Assembly (NCBI GenBank): GCA_040003335.1
Contig: JBDUCS010000001.1
Location: 1-38,610, forward strand
Reading direction: 5' to 3'
Length of the DNA stretch: 38,610 nt
From: Gemmatimonadaceae bacterium
GTDB taxonomy: Bacteria; Gemmatimonadota; Gemmatimonadetes; Gemmatimonadales; Gemmatimonadaceae
The position numbers were made by a program, and so were the translations under genes. The notes under the pieces were generated by a model that saw only the letters and a program-made list of their open reading frames with translations, was not told the origin of the DNA and searched no databases. Shown piece after piece: positions 32,569 through 38,610 of this stretch. How positions within the stretch are numbered: position 1 is the first letter of the stretch; each line of letters begins with the position of its first letter.

Positions 32569-34707
32569 TCAGTAGAACCGAGCTCCGCTCTTCGCCATCC
32601 CGACCAGCACGGCCGCCGGCTCGAACCGCGGTGCGTAGCGCAGGTGGAGCGACTCGAGCGTGCGGACGACGTTGGTGACGCCCATCGTGTCGAGGTACCG
32701 AAAGGGGCCACCACGGAATGGCGGGAAGCCGATTCCGAATACGGCGCCAATGTCGCCGTCGCGCGGCTGGCGCAAGATGCCGTCCTCGAGACAGCGCGCG
32801 GCCTCGTTCACCATCGCCATCACGCAGCGCTGAATAATCTCCTGCGCCGGCATCTCACGCCGCTCGGTCGTGGCGGCAATAACGGCGTACACGCTCTCGT
32901 CGACGCCACCCTTCTTTCCCTCGTCGTCGTAGAGGTAGAAGCCGTTCTTGTTCTTGCGGCCGAGGCGCCCCGACTCGATCACGCGACGAACCGAGTCCGG
33001 CGGCGCCATCCGGTCGCCGAACGCCTCGAACATCGTCGCCCCCGAATGGCCGGCGATGTCGAGTCCGACCTCGTCGATCAGCGTGATCGGACCGACCGGA
33101 AATCCGAACGCCACCAGCGCCTTGTCGATCGCCTCGATCGCGACGCCTTCATCGAGGAGGCGGCCGGCCTCGTTCACGTACGGCGACAGGATGCGGTTCA
33201 CGTAGAAGCCGGGCGCATCGTTCACGACGATCGTCGTCTTGCCGAGCTTTTTCCCGAGGGCGACAATCGTCGCTACCGTCTCGTCGCTCGTCTTCGGGGC
33301 GCGAATCACCTCGAGCAGCGGCATCTTGTGCACGGGGGAGAAAAAGTGCATGCCGATGACGTGATCGGGTCGCGAGCTCGCCTCGGCGATTTTCCCGATC
33401 GGAATCGTGCTCGTGTTGCTGGCGAAGATCGCGTCGGGCCGCATAACCGCCTCCGTCTCGCGCAGCACTTTGTGCTTGACGCCGAGCTCCTCGAACACGG
33501 CCTCGATCGCCACGTCGGCGTTGCCGAAGCCCGAGTAGTCGATCGTGCCGCCGACGAGCATCATCTGGTCTTCGTACTGCCGCTTCGTGATCTGCCGCTT
33601 CTTGAGCCGCTCGCGGAGCACGTCGCTCACGCCCTTGATCCCGGCGCCGACGCGCTTGTACTCCGCGTCCTTGAGCCGCACCGGGAGATCCTGCATCGCG
33701 GCAACGGCCGCGATTCCCGCGCCCATGAATCCGGCGCCGAGCACGGCGATCTTGTCGACGTCGCGCGGAGCGGGGCCGCCCCCGTCGACCCCCGTGTCCT
33801 TCTTGAGCGCGGTCGTGGCGAAGAAGATGAAAATCAGCTGGCGGCTCACCTCGGTCGCCGCCATCTCGCCGAAGAGCCGCGCCTCTTCGGCGAGCCCCGG
33901 CTCCAGGCCGTGATCGAAGCCCGCCTTCACGGCATCGATCGCCGCCGGAATCGCCGGGTAGTTACCCCGCGTCTGCGCCAGCGCCTTCGCGCGCGCCTCG
34001 CGGAAGATCACGGCGCGGCCCACGGGATTATCCTCGAGCACGAGGTCCGATGCGCCGTGCGATGCGCGCGCGCGCTCGCGCTTGATCGCGCCCGTCGCCA
34101 GCGATTTCGCGCGCGCGATGGCGACCTCGCGCAGGATCGCCGGATGCACCATCTCGTCGATCAGCCCGATCTGCAGCGCCTTCTTCGCGCGCACGTTCTT
34201 CGCGCTGAGAATCATGTCGAGGGCGTTGCGCAGGCCAACCACCCGCGGCAGTCGTTGCGTGCCGCCGGCGCCGGGAATGAGACCGAGCTGCGTCTCGGGG
34301 AGCGCGAGCACCGTCTTGGGGTGATCGGTCGCGATGCGGTACGCACTTGCCAGCGCCGCCTCGAGTCCGCCCCCCAAACACGCCCCGTGAATAGCCGTGA
34401 CGACGGGCGCGCGCGACTTGGAGAACCGGTCGACTATCCGTTGCCCGTCCCGGCTCAGCTTCTCGAATTGCCTCGCGTCCGTGAGCCCGACGAACTGCTC
34501 GATGTCGGCGCCGACGATGAAGCTGTCCGGCTTGCCCGACATGAGGACGATGCCGCGCACCGCGTTGTCGTGGTCGAGCTGATCCCACAGGGCCATCACC
34601 TGCGTGCCGATGTCCGCGTTCAGTTTGTTGACGGAACCCGGCATGTCGATCGTCACGACGGCGATGCCGTCCTCGATCTCGTAGCGGAATGCATCGGTCG
34701 CCGTCAC
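32569..34707 (-). CDS. fadJ: Bifunctional enoyl-CoA hydratase / 3-hydroxyacyl-CoA dehydrogenase
   Basis: ORF 32569..34929 trimmed to GTG 34707, which has GGAGG upstream and a GTGA overlap with the thiolase stop. Crotonase N-domain: GIAVVTIDMPGSVNKLN...SGKPDSFIVGADI. NAD fold: IAVLGAGFMGAGIA. Gene order and sequence resemble E. coli FadJ. Confidence 0.88.
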   Translation of the reverse strand: MTATDAFRYEIEDGIAVVTIDMPGSVNKLNADIGTQVMALWDQLDHDNAVRGIVLMSGKPDSFIVGADIEQFVGLTDARQFEKLSRDGQRIVDRFSKSRAPVVTAIHGACLGGGLEAALASAYRIATDHPKTVLALPETQLGLIPGAGGTQRLPRVVGLRNALDMILSAKNVRAKKALQIGLIDEMVHPAILREVAIARAKSLATGAIKRERARASHGASDLVLEDNPVGRAVIFREARAKALAQTRGNYPAIPAAIDAVKAGFDHGLEPGLAEEARLFGEMAATEVSRQLIFIFFATTALKKDTGVDGGGPAPRDVDKIAVLGAGFMGAGIAAVAAMQDLPVRLKDAEYKRVGAGIKGVSDVLRERLKKRQITKRQYEDQMMLVGGTIDYSGFGNADVAIEAVFEELGVKHKVLRETEAVMRPDAIFASNTSTIPIGKIAEASSRPDHVIGMHFFSPVHKMPLLEVIRAPKTSDETVATIVALGKKLGKTTIVVNDAPGFYVNRILSPYVNEAGRLLDEGVAIEAIDKALVAFGFPVGPITLIDEVGLDIAGHSGATMFEAFGDRMAPPDSVRRVIESGRLGRKNKNGFYLYDDEGKKGGVDESVYAVIAATTERREMPAQEIIQRCVMAMVNEAARCLEDGILRQPRDGDIGAVFGIGFPPFRGGPFRYLDTMGVTNVVRTLESLHLRYAPRFEPAAVLVGMAKSGARFY

Positions 34708-35999
34708 GCGGCCTCCACGACCATCGCGAATCCCATCCCGCCGGCGGCGCAAACGGTCATCAGCCCGAACTGGCCGCCGCGCCGCTTGAGCTCGTTGCAG
34801 AGCGTCGTCGTGATCCGCGCCCCCGTCGCACCAAACGGATGTCCGATCGCGATCGAGCCGCCCATCACGTTCAGCTTCGAGCGGTCCACCGTCCCCACCG
34901 GCTTGGAGAATCCCGCGCGCTCGGCCCACTCCTGCGACTCGAAGCCGCGAAGATTGCTCAGCACCTGCGCCGCGAAGGCCTCGTGCATCTCGATCAGGTC
35001 CATGTCGCCGAGCGTGAGACCGGCGCGCGCGAGCGCGACGGGCGCCGCGAGCACCGGTGCCTGTAGCAACTGCTCGCCGGGGTCGAGCGCGGCGTACGCG
35101 TAACTCTTGATGTAGCCGATCGGGGCGTAGCCGAGCGCCTTGGCCTTCTCCTCGCTCATCAGGAGCACGGCCGCGCCGCCATCGGTGAGCGGCGACGCGT
35201 TGCCGGCGGTGACGCTGCCGTATTTCTTGTCGAACACCGGCTTGAGCGCCGAGAGCTGCTCCAGCGACGTGTCGCTGCGGATGCCGTTGTCGCTCGTCAC
35301 GGCGATGTCGAACTTGGGCGGCACGAACACGGCGACGACCTCGGCGGTGAGGCGCCCGTCCGCCGTACCCGCCGCCGCGTTCTTGTGCGAGCGCAGCGCG
35401 AACTCGTCCTGCTCGGCGCGTGGGATGTGGTTGATCTTCGCCATTTTTTCCGCACTCTGGCCCATCGACTCACCCGTCGACGGCTCGGCGATCGCCGGCG
35501 TGATCGGGACAAAATCCTTCGGGCGGATCTTGGCGAAGGCGCCGAGCCGGGCGCTCATCGATTTGGCCTTCGACGCGGCGACGAGCGCGTTGGAAAATCC
35601 TTCGGAGTGCAGAATCGGCACGTTCGACAGCGACTCCGCCCCGCCGGCGATCGCGGCGTCCGCGTGACCGAGGGCGATCTGGTCGGCGGCGTCGGTGATC
35701 GCCTGGTTCGCCGACGTGCAGGCCCGGCTCACCGTGACGGCGGGAATGCCCTTCGGGAGCATCGGCAGAAGCGCGACCTCGCGCGCAATATTCGGGGCGA
35801 GCACCGACGGTACGACGGTGCCAAAGACGAGGGTGTCGATTTCCTCGCCGTCGAGGTTCGTGCGCTGCAGGAGCTCGGCGACGCAGAGCTTGCCCAGCTC
35901 CTGCGCCGAGAGCGACTTGAGCACCGACCCCGCGCGAGTGAACGGCGTCCGCACACCGGCGACGATCGCTACGCGACGGCCGTTTCCGAAAGTAGGCAT
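34704..35999 (-). CDS. fadI: 3-ketoacyl-CoA thiolase
   Basis: 431 aa, alignable by eye along its whole length with E. coli FadI: VAIVAGVRTPF, VSRACTSA, NASPLTDGGAAVLLMSE, GGSIAIGHPFGATGAR, CAAGGMG. Confidence 0.9.
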   Translation of the reverse strand: MPTFGNGRRVAIVAGVRTPFTRAGSVLKSLSAQELGKLCVAELLQRTNLDGEEIDTLVFGTVVPSVLAPNIAREVALLPMLPKGIPAVTVSRACTSANQAITDAADQIALGHADAAIAGGAESLSNVPILHSEGFSNALVAASKAKSMSARLGAFAKIRPKDFVPITPAIAEPSTGESMGQSAEKMAKINHIPRAEQDEFALRSHKNAAAGTADGRLTAEVVAVFVPPKFDIAVTSDNGIRSDTSLEQLSALKPVFDKKYGSVTAGNASPLTDGGAAVLLMSEEKAKALGYAPIGYIKSYAYAALDPGEQLLQAPVLAAPVALARAGLTLGDMDLIEMHEAFAAQVLSNLRGFESQEWAERAGFSKPVGTVDRSKLNVMGGSIAIGHPFGATGARITTTLCNELKRRGGQFGLMTVCAAGGMGFAMVVEAA

Positions 36000-36129
36000 G
36001 TGGGAAAGCTAGAGTGCCCGGTGACGGGTGTCAGGTAGCGGACTATCCCTGAACTCTTTGTGATGCGGATTCCCGACACCCCATGCATTATTGCCACATT
36101 AAGGGTATGCCGGAGGGTGTAAGTTCCCC

Positions 36130-36164
36130 GCACCAGGCACCAGGCACCTGTCACCCGGCACCAG
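36130..36164 (+). repeat. Heptanucleotide tandem repeat, five units (gcaccag gcaccag gcacctg tcacccg gcaccag)
   Basis: Read directly. The fourth unit contains the methyltransferase stop codon (tca at 36151..36153 on the + strand). Confidence 0.75.
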
Positions 36165-36717
36165 CCCGTGCCACGACCGCCGCCACGAAACGTTCGCCCG
36201 CATCGTCGTGAATGGGCCCTTCGTAGTAGTCGAGGATGCGTAGGTGCGCGGTGAGATCGCGGAGCTCACCCGGACCGAGGAGGTGCGCGTCCGCGCGCGG
36301 TCCGCGGCCGAGCACGCGTTGGGCGATGGTGAATGTTTCGGCGATCAGCAGTCCACCCTGACGCAGCAAGCGAGCGGCATGCGGGAAGAGCGAGCGGTCG
36401 AGGAAGTTCACGCAGACCACGGCATCGAACGCTCCATCGCGAACGGGGAGCGCGCCGGCATCACCGACTGTGGCCATCACGCGCGCGTCGCGCCGGCCCA
36501 GCTCGCCCATCGCCGGCTCCGAGGCGTCGAGCGCGAGCACGGAATGGCCGAGCGCGGCGAGCGCGAGCGCGTGACGGCCGCGCCCGGCGGCGATGTCGAG
36601 CACGAGCGCGCCTCGCGGCAGCAGCGGCGCGTGCGCGATCACCCAGGCCGACGGCGCACCGGGCTCACGCCCGGCGCTCGCCGCGTGTCGCTCGTTCCAC
36701 CCGTCCCGATCGGTCAC
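36151..36717 (-). CDS. Class I SAM-dependent methyltransferase
   Basis: Motif I is VLDIAAGRGRHALALAALGHSVLALDAS. The start is uncertain. GTG 36717 gives an N-terminus TDRDGWNERH and avoids overlapping glpD. The ORF track start at 36804 would overlap glpD by 82 nt. Confidence 0.65.
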   Translation of the reverse strand: MTDRDGWNERHAASAGREPGAPSAWVIAHAPLLPRGALVLDIAAGRGRHALALAALGHSVLALDASEPAMGELGRRDARVMATVGDAGALPVRDGAFDAVVCVNFLDRSLFPHAARLLRQGGLLIAETFTIAQRVLGRGPRADAHLLGPGELRDLTAHLRILDYYEGPIHDDAGERFVAAVVARAGAG

Positions 36718-36722
36718 GGCAT

Positions 36723-38414
36723 ATGGCCGGCGTAAGCCAGCGCTCCGAGACGCGCGCCGCCGAACGCGCGCGGCAGTCGGCGGCCGAGGCGCGCGCGTCC
36801 GCACTCGACGAGCTGGCGACGACGACGTTCGACGTGCTCGTGGTCGGCGGCGGCATCACGGGCGCGGGAATCGCGCGCGACGCAGCGATGCGCGGCCTCT
36901 CCGTCGCCCTGGTCGACCGCAGCGACTTCGCGAGCGGGACGTCGAGCCGCTCTTCCCGGCTGATCCACGGCGGTGTGCGCTACCTCGAGCACGGGCATTT
37001 CCACCTGGTGTTCGAGGCGAGCCGCGAGCGGCGCACGCTCCTGCGAATAGCGCCGCATCTCGTGCGTTCACTGCCGTTCATGTGGCCGGTGTACCGCGGC
37101 GCGCGGCTGTCGCGCTGGAAGCTGGGCATCGGTCTCTTTGTATACGACGCGCTCGCGCTGTTCCGCAACATCCGCAATCATCAGCGGCTCGACGCGCGTA
37201 CGATCGAACGGCTTGAGCCCGGTCTGCGCACGGCGGACCTGCAGGGCGGCGCGCGCTACTACGACGCCGCCACCGACGACATCCGGCTCACGATCGCCAA
37301 CGTGCGCGCCGCGGCCGAGGCCGGTGCGGTGGCGCTCAATCACGTCGAGATCTCCGCGCTATCGGTGGACGATCCCGCGATCGCTGGCGTGACAGCCGAG
37401 GACCGGCTCGGCGGCCGCACGATTCCCGTGCGCGCCCGCGTGGTGGTGAACGCCACGGGCCCGTGGAGCGACCGCGTGCGCGGTCTCGCCGCATCGACCG
37501 GCGCGGCGGGGGTGCGCGGCAGCAAGGGCGTGCACGTGTCGGTGCCGCGCGATCGCATCGGCAACCTCGGCGCGATCACGCTCATCTCGCCGATAGACGG
37601 GCGCGTAATGTTCGTGCTCCCCGCCGGCCCGAACACGATCATCGGGACGACGGACACCGAGTACGCGGGCGATCCGCAGGAGGTCCGCGCGACGATGGCC
37701 GACGTCGCCTATCTGCTGCGCTCGGCGAACGCATTTTTTCCGAGTGCGCACCTGACGATGGATGACGTGGTGAGCGCGTGGGCCGGCGTGCGGCCGCTTG
37801 CCGCGCCGGCCGGCAGGGTGTCGCTGCGCGATCCCGACAGCGCGTCGCGCGAGCATTCTCTCGATTGGACGGCGCCCGGCCTCCTCACCATCACCGGGGG
37901 CAAGCTCACGACGTACCGCGCGATGGCGGCCGAGGTGGTGCAGGCGGTAGCGCGCCATCTCCGGGATGCGCCGCGCCGGCGCGCGGCGACGGACCACGAG
38001 CCACTCCCGGGCGGCATCATGCGCTCGTTCGCCGACGAAATCGACTCCGCGCGCGCGACGATCGGCGACCAGACGCTCGCCGACCACCTCGTGCATGCCT
38101 ATGGCGGCGAGTGGTACGAGGTGTGGTCGCACGCGGAAGCCGACAGCGGAATGGCCGAGCGGTTGGCGCACCCGCTGCCGTACATCGCCGCCGAGCTCCG
38201 CTTCGCGGTCGACCGCGCGCTGGCGATGACGCTGTCCGACGTCATGATGCGACGCCTGCACATCGCGTTCGAATCACGCGATCACGGACGCTCGGCCGCG
38301 CCGGCGATCGCGGCGCGACTCGCGCCGATGCTGGAGTGGGATGACGCCGAGACCGCGCGGCAGCTGGCCGCCTACGAGGCGGACACGGCGCGCATCTTCA
38401 CGATCGAGCGGTGA
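36723..38414 (+). CDS. glpD: FAD-dependent glycerol-3-phosphate dehydrogenase
   Basis: ORF 36333..38414 trimmed to the first ATG before the FAD fold (FDVLVVGGGITGAGIARDAAMRGLSVALVDRSDFASGTSSRSSRLIHGGVRYLE). The C-terminal GlpD-type helical domain is present. Confidence 0.85.
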   Translation: MAGVSQRSETRAAERARQSAAEARASALDELATTTFDVLVVGGGITGAGIARDAAMRGLSVALVDRSDFASGTSSRSSRLIHGGVRYLEHGHFHLVFEASRERRTLLRIAPHLVRSLPFMWPVYRGARLSRWKLGIGLFVYDALALFRNIRNHQRLDARTIERLEPGLRTADLQGGARYYDAATDDIRLTIANVRAAAEAGAVALNHVEISALSVDDPAIAGVTAEDRLGGRTIPVRARVVVNATGPWSDRVRGLAASTGAAGVRGSKGVHVSVPRDRIGNLGAITLISPIDGRVMFVLPAGPNTIIGTTDTEYAGDPQEVRATMADVAYLLRSANAFFPSAHLTMDDVVSAWAGVRPLAAPAGRVSLRDPDSASREHSLDWTAPGLLTITGGKLTTYRAMAAEVVQAVARHLRDAPRRRAATDHEPLPGGIMRSFADEIDSARATIGDQTLADHLVHAYGGEWYEVWSHAEADSGMAERLAHPLPYIAAELRFAVDRALAMTLSDVMMRRLHIAFESRDHGRSAAPAIAARLAPMLEWDDAETARQLAAYEADTARIFTIER

Positions 38415-38428
38415 CTGCGGTGAACGCC

Positions 38429-38533
38429 GGTGATCGGTGATCGGTGTTCGCTGATCGGGGCGACTAGCCCTTAGGTTTCCGGGATACTCCGCCCGCTCGG
38501 CAACCGATCATCGAACACCGATCACCGATCACC
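38429..38533. repeat. 28-nt inverted repeat built from heptanucleotide units, separated by a 49-nt spacer
   Basis: Left arm ggtgatc ggtgatc ggtgttc gctgatc (38429..38456). Right arm gatcatc gaacacc gatcacc gatcacc (38506..38533). The arms are reverse complements with one mismatch, and the innermost 22 nt are perfect. Confidence 0.85.
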
Positions 38534-38535
38534 GC

Positions 38536-38610
38536 CTAATCGTGGATCGTCTTTAGCTTCGTGATGCGCAGGTGCCGCGTCAGCGTGGGAAGCCGGAGAA
38601 CGACGGTGTC
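38536..38610 (-). CDS. Possible 3' end of an unidentified minus-strand CDS running off the window
   Basis: The minus-strand frame is open from the window edge to TAG (cta at 38536..38538) and reads ...DTVVLRLPTLTRHLRITKLKTIHD-stop. It is too short to classify. Confidence 0.3.
   Translation of the reverse strand, partial: DTVVLRLPTLTRHLRITKLKTIHD

Noticed and set aside
32644-35103. 819-aa plus-strand ORF antisense to fadJ and fadI
   Set aside because: It crosses the fadI/fadJ junction and has no recognisable domains, whereas the minus-strand products align with FadJ and FadI along their whole length.

Overview
Very GC-rich chromosomal segment. Gene content and style (many AQ-type signal peptides or lipoboxes, ECF sigma operons, a Ser/Thr kinase with TPR tail, Big_2 and HEAT-like repeat proteins) suggest a soil Gemmatimonadota/Acidobacteriota-like bacterium; this is inference only. 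I support about 33 protein-coding genes. Most are housekeeping or catabolic: M28 and M14 peptidases, csaA, a rhodanese plus OsmC pair, a GMC oxidoreductase pair, a ThDP enzyme, pdxH, cobB, an Lrp plus EamA exporter pair, rsgA, proline dehydrogenase, fadI-fadJ, and glpD. I found no rRNA, tRNA, CRISPR array, transposase or integrase. Two accessory modules stand out. (1) An ECF sigma/anti-sigma operon is followed by three paralogous secreted HEAT-like repeat proteins that share a near-identical C-terminal tail (15224..20348). (2) A second ECF sigma operon encodes an anti-sigma and a distal envelope protein that both carry CBM48/AMPK-beta-like domains (27170..30049). It lies divergent from a Ser/Thr kinase across a GGAAC-N18-GTTCC palindrome. 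Non-coding structure: a family of degenerate heptanucleotide tandem repeats (nnCACCg / GGCACCn) in at least six intergenic sites, one of them a 28-nt inverted pair. There is also a 26-nt tandem repeat fused to a long palindrome, and a perfect 18-bp bidirectional terminator. Two neighbouring lipoprotein genes are broken by frameshifts: a six-domain Big_2 protein (three shifts) and an NPP-type phosphodiesterase (one shift). Most long alternative-frame and antisense ORFs in the track are GC-composition artefacts.
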